A stretch of 64,000 bases of DNA. Source: Paragordius varius. Lineage: Eukaryota; Animalia; Nematomorpha. Shown in pieces: positions 52,750 through 64,000 of the stretch; the first letter of the stretch is position 1; every line of letters begins with the position of its first letter. A program made the translations under genes and the position numbers. The notes under the pieces are model-generated. The model did no database searches. It was not told where the DNA came from and worked only from the letters and a program-made list of their open reading frames with translations. The DNA lies in NCBI GenBank assembly GCA_964247055.1, contig OZ176055.1:7750001-7814000 (forward strand). Direction: 5' to 3'.

Positions 52750-55700
52750 CTAAGAGTTGTTTTTTGTAACTTTATTTTGTTCTAAACCCTTGACAATGGC
52801 GATTGGTTTATTGAAAGAGGACTTCATGATTGATTTTGGAATTGTTTGATGGTTGTTATTTTCGATAGTTCTTTCTTTATTTATTGTTTTATCCTTATTT
52901 CCAAACGATATCTTGCGATCAAAATTGTTTTTGCCATTAGATTTTTTGGGCAATGATTTGAACGAATCAGTCAAATAAACAGAATTTAATGAAAACATTC
53001 TTATTTTGTCTCTTACCAAATTCGAAGTTCCAACCAGCGCTAATTTATTTGGCGTTTCACACCGTTTAAAATTGCATCCGTTTTGAGGACTGGTGGGTTC
53101 ATTTTGGCATATATTGATATTTTTATTTAAGGATGTTGTAATCAAATTTTTACCTTCACCTGATTGTCTGCTACCCTTGTCGTTTAATTGTATGGGCGAA
53201 GGGTCGTCTCGACTCTCGTATATATCATTTAAATCATCTGTATTATCCTCGAAGGAATTTTGTTTTATGCGAAAAGGTTCGAAAAACAGCTTGCGTTTAT
53301 TTTTTAAATTTAGTTTGTGTAAGTAAGGGTTTGAATTTGCATTTTTAATGTTTTCCAATTTTTCAAACTGTGAACATTCAATCAAACTTTGTGACATCAA
53401 AGAATTTGCATTGATACTTTCGGGTGGAAAGGCATCTAAAGATGCAATTTTAATTCCTCCAAATAAATTTGAATCGTTTTCAGATTTACAGGAATTAGAA
53501 AAAATAATGGAAGATGCAGGAGAATCGACGCTGGTTAAACTATCATTACATAGGCCATTAACGGTTTCTATGGGAAAACGCTTTTGGGAATGAAAAGGCA
53601 TATATAAAGAATTCAATTGATTTGTGTTATGGTTTGTTGCCCCAGTCCCGTTCGGAAAAAATTGAATTGATGACGATTTAGTTTGATCCTTCTTAATGGA
53701 TTCTAAATAAAATAATTTATAAAATCTTTGGTATGGCAGGATAATTTGAAAATTAAAAATGTAAAAATATACATGAAATTGGATAAATCTTAAATTATCC
53801 AGCTGAAGTCATAAGTTTGTATTGTTGTTTTGATAAAAAACACGTATCTCAATAGAAATGAATTATTTATTTATTCAAAATATTGTCCATCGACTTCTCT
53901 ATCCGGTAATATTTAAAAGCTATGTCAAAAAACTTGTATTGTCTGCTGCAAACCCTCCGTCAAGGCATTTTCGAACCCTAGGAATTATGATACTGTTCTG
54001 CAAGTGTTTGCCCCTGGTAGGAATAGTCCGATGGCCCAAAGTCAAGAGAGTACGGCGAATGCGGAATTTTCAACTAAGTGTTTTTAAGGTGTCATCTGGT
54101 TAAGCTGACGCAGCATTATCATAGAGCAAAATTACTTGGACATATCTCCTGGCCCATTTATATCTTTTTCGAATAATGCATAGTAATTAATCATTTATTA
54201 GCAATAGCGTTATGTTATAACGGTTTCACCCTGCAAAAGTTGACACACTACCGCTCTGATCTTGATAGACACAGAGCTTGGTCTTCTTGCCAAATTGGCC
54301 TTAGGGTTAATGGAATGGCTTGGTAAAGTGAAAGTCGAGTTGGCCTCGAATTAAATAAACACATTTCTCATTACCAATCACAATTCTATAAAAAAATGAT
54401 TTTTCGTGGCCTTCAAGAAGAGCACAGTCACTTTTGATTTTCAATTTGTCGTTCATGTGTGGGACCCAAAGTTTATTGGTCTTTTTCATTGCTCTTAGTC
54501 TGATGATTGTGTTTTGTAATACATGTATTTCTGCAAATTTTCGTTCAGTCATTACCCAAGAGCTCGTGCACTTGTTCTGAGTTGTGTGGTACACCAAAGC
54601 GCTTACTCTCTTTCGCATTGAAATTCAGAAATTTTTAGAAACCATGTACAGTTTTAATCGATGTAGCAAGTTTACCACATGTAACTAGGACACTAGTCTC
54701 AAAAGCCTTTTTTTACTAATGGAATCGAAAAGCAATGCATATTAAATATGTTCTATTAGGCACAAAACATGAAACGATTACTAAAAAAACAATGGTCCAC
54801 TTTTTGGCGAAATCAACTTCTGTGTGCTCGTCGTTTAAAAAAGAATTGTCTGTATCAAATTAATCTTTCGCTGACGTCTTGTCTTCTTTAAACGAGTAAG
54901 GACTTATAACTACACCTAATATAAGCGCATTACTTTTTTTTACGGTTAAATATTTCTGATCTTTGTTGTATCGCTAAAAACAAGAAAATAAAATATTTAT
55001 ATAATAAATTGAATAATTTAAATTGTATTTCTTAGAAGCAGCTACCTTTTTATTTTAAAAATCAGCTGTTTGTTTCAAGTCGATATGAGAGGTTTTTAAC
55101 TCGATAATATATAATTAATATAAGACAGCAAAGGTTTTGTGACTATTACTGTTCATGTTACATTATATTTAACAAAAACTACGGTTGGCATAATATTTTT
55201 TTGCAAAACTTAATGACCTAAAATTCTAATCTATACTATGTAATCTAAAAAAGATGCAATCGCTGTACCATTATAAATTTATATTACTTCAGCATCACCT
55301 TAAACAATTAAATTCTAAATCTATAAAAAACTCCGTTGTTGCTCTGACACAACCAATTCAAAAATCCTGTGATTATGACGATTCCTGTAAATTTTATTAT
55401 TAAAAACCCATAATAATATCCAATGAGTTGTAAAGGTAATACCCTGGCTTTAAAGTCAAATAGAAAAACTTAAGGATAAAGCATAAACGGCATACAAATT
55501 CGAAAAACAAAGATATCTTATTTTACTTTAATACATGAGCGATCAATTTTAATCTGTCTTCTATAATATGTAAATTAGGTTCATTTTGTAATGGGATTAG
55601 TGGATGGATGCTTTTAAAAATCGCCATAAATGCAATCAACAAAATGTAAATTAAAAAATCTTTTTTCATAAAGAATATACCAGGTGCAGTAATAGTTATT

Positions 55701-58672
55701 ACCGGTTTAACTAATCGAAGGCGTTAGCAAGTACGCGAACGATTAATTTGATACAGAGCCCATTTTTTTTCACCTGACATTAAACGACAACACACATAAG
55801 TTAAGTTCATTAAAAACTAGCGTCTTAATTTTATCATTCAATAATCATGTCGAATTTTGTGCCTAAAAAAATAATATTTGCGACATGTCTTGCCATCTGA
55901 AGAAAAATGCTGTTAAGAATTATCGTTTGGTGGTATAAATATATGACTAAATGCTTTATCGATGTGTGAAAGATGGTTTAAAAATATTTAAAGTTGTGCT
56001 TTCATGTAAAAGATGGGCGCTGTGGCAGGCCACATAACTGCAAGGACGCTAAAGAGCAAGCGTTATTGGATGATGGCCCAACTTAAACATAAAAACAAAT
56101 AGCAGAAGCATTACATGTAAAACAAAAAATTGGTTTTAGATGTGGGCTCTGAAGTGTGAAATACTTTCGCTTTTTATAAATGGGATAGTTCTTTTAAAAT
56201 AAATGCAAAAATGCCGATATTGCGCGATAAAATTTTTAAATAAATGCTAAATTTTGATATCAACTAAAAATATTTTTTTGAAAATGCATACTTTTTAAAA
56301 AAAAAATTCAGCAAAATTTTGTTGAAGCCTACATCATACTGTTATGAGTCATGATGGAAACGGTATAAAAACGCTCTAAAATATTTTAAATCGGTTTATT
56401 TATATAATCTGATAATGCTGATTTCTACACAGAAATTTGACTATTCGTCTTTAAATTTGTGTTAAATAAATATTATGTTTTTTACAAATATTCATTTAAG
56501 TTTAAAATCAAACTTTAAATTATTTCTGAAGCAAAAGAAATTTTCATAATCATTCAAAATGTTTTTATCATATCTTAAAGTCTTTTTATACTATTTCTAT
56601 CTTGTTCAAAATATAATGAAGTAACAAAATTTTGCGAGAAATTAAATTTTTGAAAAAAAGTATGCATTTTTTTAAAAAATATTTTTAGTTTATATCAAAA
56701 TTTAGGATATATTTTAAATTTTTATCGCGCGATCTGAGCATTTTTGCATTTATTTTAAGGACTAGAGTCCACATCTAAAAACTATTTTTTTAAAAATTTT
56801 TTTTTGCTTTGATATGTAGTTTATAATATATTATTCAAATGAAGCAAATAGCTATCACTGTGCGCAAATTTTGCCATTTTCCGATATGGATTGTTGAAAA
56901 AAGGGATAATAACTTCGTAAATTTCGAAACCAAAAGCACAATGATAATCCTGTTACTTTTCCTTTCAGAAAATATATATTTCATCAAGATATTTTTAATA
57001 CCTCACGATTTTGAACCCGATGTAATATCCACAATTCAGTAAATAGGTGGGAGGTGTTCTCAACTTAAAACGATTTAGCATGAAATTATTAGATCATAGG
57101 CAACGTTTACCGGGTTTAGTCATAAGTTAATACCGATTTAAACATCAAAAGTATGCCGACATTTATTTGACACAGACTCTATTTTGTTCATCTGATATAA
57201 CGGCAAACACCACAAATTTAGTCAGTCAAAAACCATCTTTTCATATTAATCATACAGTGATAATGTGAAATTCGTGCGTGAAGAAGAGCGTTGCACGCAT
57301 TGTCTTTCATTTCCATCAGAAGAGTAAGGCTGTTTAACGGCATCATTTGTTGGTAAAGCGTGTGGTAAACAAGCTACATTGATTAGAACATGTGAAACAT
57401 TGTTTCAAAATTTAAAAGTTATGATTCTAATGTGAAAGAGGGCAAACATTCTGCACACAACGGCGACGAAAAAAGCAATAGTTGGATTATGATCTAACGT
57501 AGCACAAACAATCAGCGACTAAGCAATGTAAAAAACTATTAAAATTGCAAAATGATTCGTGAAATCTTGTTTCTACGTGACGAAAGAAAATTATTTGTGC
57601 GTCGAATTGTGACGGATGATAAGAGTTGGGAGGTGGGACCAGCGGTGTTGTATATTATAAACTTTAGAGGCCCGTTGAAACTTTTACTACACAACGCATT
57701 CTAACAAATGATTAATTTTAAACCATGCATCAATCAAAAAACGACAGGAAAGCATTCGAAGATATGGCATAGTGATTGTTCTACACTGCAATGCTCCGTA
57801 TCACAGAGTAAAAATAAACAAAAACACCTTAATCTTTCCATGGAAATTTTTTCGCCCCCTGACCTGGCGCCATCTAACTCTTGCATTTTCGCATTATTGG
57901 GGCAAACACTCATGAACAGCACTTTAATATTTTGGAAGACGTGAAAAGACTTGACTAATAGTTTCCAAAGGACATTCATATATCGCTTAAGATAGGGGCG
58001 AAATGTGTAGAGGCCGATGGACAATATTTTGCATAAAAATAATCGATTTCCCTTCAAAATTAGGCTTTTTTTACCAAAAAAATAAAGATTTATGATTGCA
58101 CCTGGATTTAAACAAGCCCATAATGATGGGGGACATTTTAAAGGGTGGTCTATTGCATACAAAAATAGAGTTAACAGGCGTCAATTTTAGATTTTTACTA
58201 TTTTCCAAAAGGTTTATCATCTACTTTATCAAAAAGGTTTCTCATAAAAATGTGAAATAATATTTTTTACGGTACCTTCAATATCTTTCTGATTTAGATT
58301 AGTGGTTGCGATGCATTGTTCTGAATGCGATATTTTGGCGGAAGCCAACATTTTTTCGCAATTTTGACGGCGTCCGAATCGTCTTCCTCCCTTAGAACTT
58401 TCTCCAGTGGTCTTGGCTAAGTGAGGTGGTTTTTTGCTTAGTTTACCTAATTTATGAGTAGTCAAACTTTCATCTGGAGGAAATTGAGTTATAGCTTTGG
58501 AAAATCTAAGATAATATTTTATAGATATGATAGATAACATAGAGTGTGTTATAGGGAGTTATTACATTTTGACGACCCTAGATAGAGTGATTGATGGACT
58601 TTTAAAATCCGAAAGAATATATTTGCAGAAAACTAGAATAATAGCTGATTCTCTCTATTTCGGATATAACCT

Positions 58673-58703
<31 letters not shown>

Positions 58704-61700
58704 TATATGAATTGTACCACCCAAAACGGCTCCAATATTTTCAATTTTTTACAAAAAGCTTTTGGGGCTGTGCCAAACAAGACATGTTCAAATTATCGCG
58801 GAAGCTTCAGTCAAAATTTATTATAAAGGCCAAAACTTTTCTATATTATGTAGTTTTTCGTCTTTCGTTCTTATAAAATCTAGATTGGTTATCTTTTAAT
58901 AATTGTAAGTCAATGAATAAAAAGTTAAATTTAAATAAAAACCATAATTTTTATAATTTAGCTATATTTTTTAAGTATTTTAAAATGTTATAAATTAGTA
59001 TGATTCCGCTAGGTGTGCAAACGACTAATATCTTTCTTTGACAATTTTTTTTAAATATAGTCTACGTAGTTTTTATTTAAAATATTTAACTCAGTTTTAT
59101 TAATTTTAACCAAAACTTTTGCGACAATTCTCTCAGACAAAATTTGCAAAACCAAAAAAACGCGTTTCGTAAATACTAAATGGCGCGTTCAATTATTTCT
59201 ATTAATATTCATAATATATAAGGTGACCAGATTTTTTGAAGGAAAAAGCGGGACAAATCTGAGAAGGGGGGGTCATTGGGGGGTACAACCAAAATATACA
59301 AAAAATTTATTGTAATATTTATTTATTTTTTAACACAAATACATTATATAAAAAAATTGTACTTTACAGGTTGTTTGTTAAATTTACATGTGCACGAACA
59401 AAGGGTGAAGTGATTGTACTAAAAAAAATAATAAAGACGTCACAAGGTGCGCTGGGTGATGCAAGAAGCGGCACAAACAATATTTTTACAATTTAGCGAA
59501 TAATCTTAATCAAAACATTATTGGCAGATACACAACGCTATTCAAACAGCTACTGATTTGCCCTGGATGTTGAAAATATAGATCTTAAAATGCTTGGATA
59601 TTGTAGAACTGTTGGTTAGCTCTTTTGCTAGCGATTGAAATATTTATAAAGATGTGATCTCCTAGAATCCTATTTTTTATCACTGGTCAAAATTCCAAGT
59701 CAAAAAAGGTTAGAAAATAATTTTATACCCATTACCTAATCGCAATATTAAAAGCATCCAGTAAAAACAAGGCTCAATGAAAAGAATATAAAAATGTTAT
59801 ACAAACAGAAACGATTATTTGGAAGACAAGACGGTGCACAATGACATTTTTTATGAAGTATTATTAAATAAATATATTGAATAAAAATTTATATTATGGA
59901 CAACAGAAAAAAATACGTAGGATAGAAATGGTTAAAATAATTATTTTTAAACAAATTATGTTCCATACAATAATATTTTAATTGTAGAATTTGCATTATC
60001 TTTACCTGAACCACTGCTATTGAACGCGTTTTTCCATAGTAAATTAAGTAAGGACACGGAATCAAATTTAAGTTTTTCTAAATTATTATATTGCGGATGG
60101 TTAATGGTATAAAATTATTTTCTAACCGTTCTTCACATTGGAATTTTAGGATACTAACTTCATTGGCTACTTCGATTGCCGAAATTTTGTCACCTTCTAT
60201 AAATTTAATAACATTTTGAAAGAGAAGCTGGATTATGTAAGAATTCTAACCATATTTTTGAAGAATCACTTTCAAAAAACTTTTTTAAAGTTGTAGGACA
60301 TTTGTCCTGTGATAAAAAAATGATTTTAAAGGATCATACATTTTTAAAATTCTTTCGATAGCTGGCATAAAAGCTAACCAACGAGTTTTACAATATCCAA
60401 TCATTTTTTGATATTGAACTTCTGCATTTTCACAGAATTCCTTAAGCGTTTCAACGCATACCGTGTATATATTAACATAGGAATATATTTTAACTACTAC
60501 ATTTTCCACATCTAGGGGTAACAAATCAGCATCTGTTTGAATAGCGTTGTGTATTATAAATGTTTTGATTAAGATTATCTGTTAATTTATGAAAAATATT
60601 TTTTGTTCCCCTCCTTGCTTTTCCACCAAAGTTCGTATTGGTGTTGTCAGCGCAATATGCGATAATTTTGTCTTTTAAATTATTTTTTAGAATATGCATT
60701 ATTGAAGTAAATATTATTTCGGAATTTTCACCGGGTAGAGAAATTAAATGTAAAATTTTAATTTTTACTCCCGTTTCTGAATCCAAATATCTTATTCAAG
60801 TGGGAAATAATTTTGTTTCATGGTGATTTGATGCATCAGAGTATAGGGATAAAAAATTAATTTTCAGCACATCTTTTTGTATTTCGGAAAATGCATGTGG
60901 CGAAAGGGCATTGCACACAATGGCTTCAGCCTTTGTACGGGCACATGTAAATTTTTTATGGAATAACGTGCGAATAACTTGTGAGGTAAAAATCCATAGA
61001 TCTAAAGGAATGATTGTGATAAACGGCGTGAATAGATACCACGCACTCAGCTAGTGCCAAATTCTTTTCTTCCTCTCCAAAAGCGGTTTTTCGATAAAAA
61101 TCGCTCATTTTGTAAGATGATGCCGCCATATCCAAACATTTTTTTATGTTTCTGTGTTTCCATTAGTAATATCATGCTTGCCACCATGTTCTAGGGTGAA
61201 TTCCCCCTCGCATAAAAAACATTTAACAAATGATTAATTCTTCGTTTTGATAAAAGGAAATTCTTTCATTGATTTATCGTTGAATCTACAACCTCTTTTT
61301 GTATTCATACTTATAAACTACCATTAGTATAATAAATATTATATTACCTTAATTTTCTGGAATAAACGTGTAAGCTACCGATTTGTGGTATTAATGTGTC
61401 TTTTAATCTAGAGATTTGTGGTATTAACTTGGCTTTTTGATAATGATGACAGTAGTAGTAGGAAGCAAAGTGTATAATCATATGATATAAATTCGAAAAA
61501 AATAAATATTTTTAATTTGAAAATAAAAAATTTTAATTTAAAATTGAATAGAATTTAAAAATATTTTATGATAAAAAATTTAAACGGATAAAAAAAATTT
61601 ATTTGTATTAAAAAAATTTTTTTTAAGATAATCGTGAAAAAGCGGGACATTTTAAAAACGTAGCGGGAGGCGGGACAAAGTGTGAAAAAGCGGGACTGTC

Positions 61701-63932
61701 CCGCCAAAAGCGGGACGTCTGGTCACCTTAATAATATAACAAAAATGCCAAGAATTAACTGTTAACAAATTTTATTTGCATTTTATCTCATATAATGTAT
61801 AACCACATATAATTTTTTTTAGATTCTTAAAGTTATTTATTCGGTCATTAAAATTAGTCTCTTTTTGGGCACTATCCATAAATTGCAATAAATATATATT
61901 AATAAAATTATTTGAAATTATATCGACTTACCTATCATTATAATTATTATCGATTAGAATCTGCTCTGTCATACAAGATATTTGATTTAGTGTTTTATTT
62001 ATCTCTTCGTGATGGCGATTGACATTTTTGTTAGGGATTGAATATTTGTCCCCTGAAGACATTTGTTCCGAATCAGATTTTTCGAAATTCGGTTCACGTG
62101 TTAGGCTTTTGAGAAAACTTTTGCTTTTATCTGATTCGGTACATGCTAAAAGTAGATTTTGTTTGGAGCTTGTCAACTGAAATACGAAATATTACATATA
62201 TGAGTTATAAATTATTAAGAATAATTAGACTAAATTAGAAAACAAAATATTACATTCTTAAAAAAATGTTCAATTTTATAGAAAGGTTTCCGTTGTTTCT
62301 TTTTCCTTGCTTCCAAAATACTCATTTTAAGTTCCTCATTTTCTTTGCTTAATAATTCAACTTCCAAATTTAAGGCATCCAGTTTATCTTGGAGCAACAC
62401 TTGACAATCTTTAAGCTTGGCCTTGTTCTATATCAAAATGAATATTATACAATAACAATACCTCGTACTAGCATAAAGTATAAAGAATGCATTTTGATTT
62501 TCTTATTGTCCTTGTGCAAGGCTAAAAATAAATCCCATTAAATTATTCATCGAATGGGGATTGACTTTTAAACTAACTGTATAATTAATTACCAGGATCA
62601 GGATATTTTCCATGTCATTACGATAAACCATGCGTTCACATTCTAACGTTTGCAACATTTGTTGTTTATCTTGAGCATGTAAGTCACTCGCTTCCAATAG
62701 TTGACGTTTCAAATTTTTAATTGTTTCATGATGCTGAATCACGGCTTTTTTGAGCTCTGCCCGTTCCAAGTTCCAAGATTCTTCGATTTTAGCCTTTCTA
62801 TCGCGCCATTTCATACGTTCAACCGCATTCGACCGTTGAGACAGAGCAATTTCCTCCCGGTAGCCCTGTAGTTTGCTCTCCATCTAAAGGGAAAATGCAA
62901 ATTACAGCTGGATTTTTTTAAATAATAATAAATTTATATACGGATCTCTGCTGAAATTTATAATACGATCCCACAAAAATTATATTAATCTTGTATTATA
63001 TGATAAGTTATTTTTAAGTTTTTTAAAAGTGTGTTCAGATACACTGAGGGGGAGTTTTTAATACAAAATTCGCGGGTGTAACACCGTATAAAAAAATAAA
63101 CCTATAAATGTGTCAACAAATGGATTTTTTTGATGAGCAAATATTTCATGTTAATGATGTATTCAGAACTTAATTGAGGGTCTAGTCTAGTAAGACAAAT
63201 ATTATAAACTAATAAGGGCCAATCTTTAATATATTGCCTGTATTGCTTAAAATTATTGGGTATTTAGTAATGAGGGAACATAAATATTACAACACCAATT
63301 TGAAAATCGTTTTTATAAAAATCCTATTTACAATAAATTTATAATTTATAAATGACAGGCATTTGATATATTATGTATTTTATCACCATCATATAAATAT
63401 AATGACAGCAAACTTGTGAAATAATTGATTTTAAGCGTTCGATTTCGCTCATTAGCTTAGTTCTGTTTTCATCAGTGATCACTTTTTCTTGAGCATTAGT
63501 GGCACGGAGTTCCATAGTAAGTTTTTCAAATTCTTGGCATTTTTGCCGATATTTAGCTGTAAGGGTTTGTTGATGAATCAATTGTTTTTGATACTCACTT
63601 GTATCTTTGCCTAAGGACGCTTCAGATAAATGTATGTTTGATAAAATTGGATAACTTTTCCATTTTGATTGTAAGATGTTTTGTTCCATGATGGAATTGT
63701 CATTGATCTGTTTATTGTTTTTAAAGATAACAGTTCTTAAATGTTTGTTTAACGTTTCTCTCTCGTGTCTTAAATGGTTATTATCAGTTTCTAAATCTTC
63801 TATTTTTGAATACAATTCTTTGATTTCGGTAAACGCTAAATTTCTCTGATTGCTCCACTCCTCTTGATCCTTTTTGTGCTCTTTAGTCATCCGTTCGAAT
63901 TTGCTTTGTGCAGATTTCAATAGTATTGATAT
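52750..63932 (-). CDS. Coiled-coil protein with a low-complexity S/N/K-rich C-terminus (5' part beyond the window; family not identified)
   Basis: Phase-consistent GT-AG exons on -: 63932-63414, 62883-62593, 62427-62254, 62176-61932, 58505-58276, 53702-52750 (stop). The first three have heptad-like E/K/Q/L-rich sequence. Extra small exons between 53.7 and 58.3 kb cannot be excluded. Confidence 0.8.
53799..54800 (-). mobile_element. Decayed mariner transposon
   Basis: LWVPH and RIVIGNEKCV (from RIVTGDEKW) in the 54307-54618 ORF. Downstream remnants read VILLYDNAA and PHSPYS..GPSDY. A TIR-like TCCAGCTGAAGTCATAAG lies near 53798. Boundaries are approximate. Confidence 0.8.
55680..56125 (+). mobile_element. 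Mos1-like mariner 5' end and N-terminal transposase remnant
   Basis: TA|CCAGGTGCAGTAATAGTTATTACCGGTT resembles the Mos1 TIR. Remnant reads MSNFVPKK...HLKKNA...CERWFK...CGRP...EQALLDD...KQIAEAL. Confidence 0.8.
56125..56790. mobile_element. Long-TIR palindromic MITE adjoining or interrupting the mariner
   Basis: AAAAAATTGGTTTTAGATGTGGGCTC pairs with GAGTCCACATCTAAAAACTATTTTTT. Inner pairs AAATAAATGCAAAAATGC/GCATTTTTGCATTTATTT and CGCGATAAAA/TTTTATCGCG. Confidence 0.75.
57250..58105 (+). mobile_element. Second + strand mariner remnant (internally deleted) with right TIR
   Basis: Remnants FHQKSKAV, IRTCETLF, RRIVTDDKSW, VIVLHCNAPYH and PPDLAPSN. The terminus TGATTGCACCTGG (58093-58105) complements CCAGGTGCA. 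Confidence 0.75.
59219..61730. mobile_element. 2512-bp non-autonomous hAT element, copy 2, in an intron of the coiled-coil gene
   Basis: Same TIRs, length and orientation as copy 1 (offset 9119). Exact 8-bp TSD ATAATATA (59211-59218 and 61731-61738). One substitution was spotted by eye (ACAACACT vs ACAACGCT). Confidence 0.95.
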
Positions 63933-64000
63933 CTAATGCAGAGACAATATTTATATAATTAAAATATATTTAACGCATTTTTTGAAAATTTTTATAACAT

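Noticed and set aside
53093-53593. + strand ORFs 53093-53326 and 53348-53593
   Set aside because: They are antisense shadows of the large - strand terminal exon.
50100-61730. The 2512-bp duplication as a segmental duplication or collapsed assembly
   Set aside because: Similarity stops exactly at the TIRs and each copy has its own distinct 8-bp TSD, which indicates transposition.

Overview
This is eukaryotic, very AT-rich invertebrate animal DNA. The POU2-class gene points to a bilaterian; the taxon cannot be fixed from sequence alone. No prokaryotic features or CRISPR arrays are present. Three intron-containing genes can be reconstructed by hand. (1) A + strand single-pass receptor, about 2.6-7.6 kb: a C-type-lectin-like domain, eight Cys-rich EB-like modules each on its own phase-1 exon, a TM helix and a Tyr-rich tail with NPxY. 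(2) A + strand POU2-class (nubbin/pdm/Oct-1-like) transcription factor, 39.8-46.4 kb, possibly with a distal first exon at 11.2 kb. (3) A - strand coiled-coil gene running from beyond the right edge to 52.75 kb. The rest is a dense TE landscape: the 3' part of a Penelope-like retroelement with a candidate variant hammerhead ribozyme, three copies of a non-autonomous Helitron, Buster-type hAT MITEs and a Buster palindrome, TTAA-flanked piggyBac-like elements, a foldback with 21-bp repeats, mariner remnants, and two near-identical 2512-bp hAT elements that each carry two opposed transposase remnants. The most unusual signals are introns of only 23-38 nt that are needed to keep frame, the G3:C8 hammerhead candidate, the mobile inverted-chimera hAT, and an alternative donor that would switch the POU linker between about 32 and about 127 aa. 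All gene models were derived by hand and have no transcript support.
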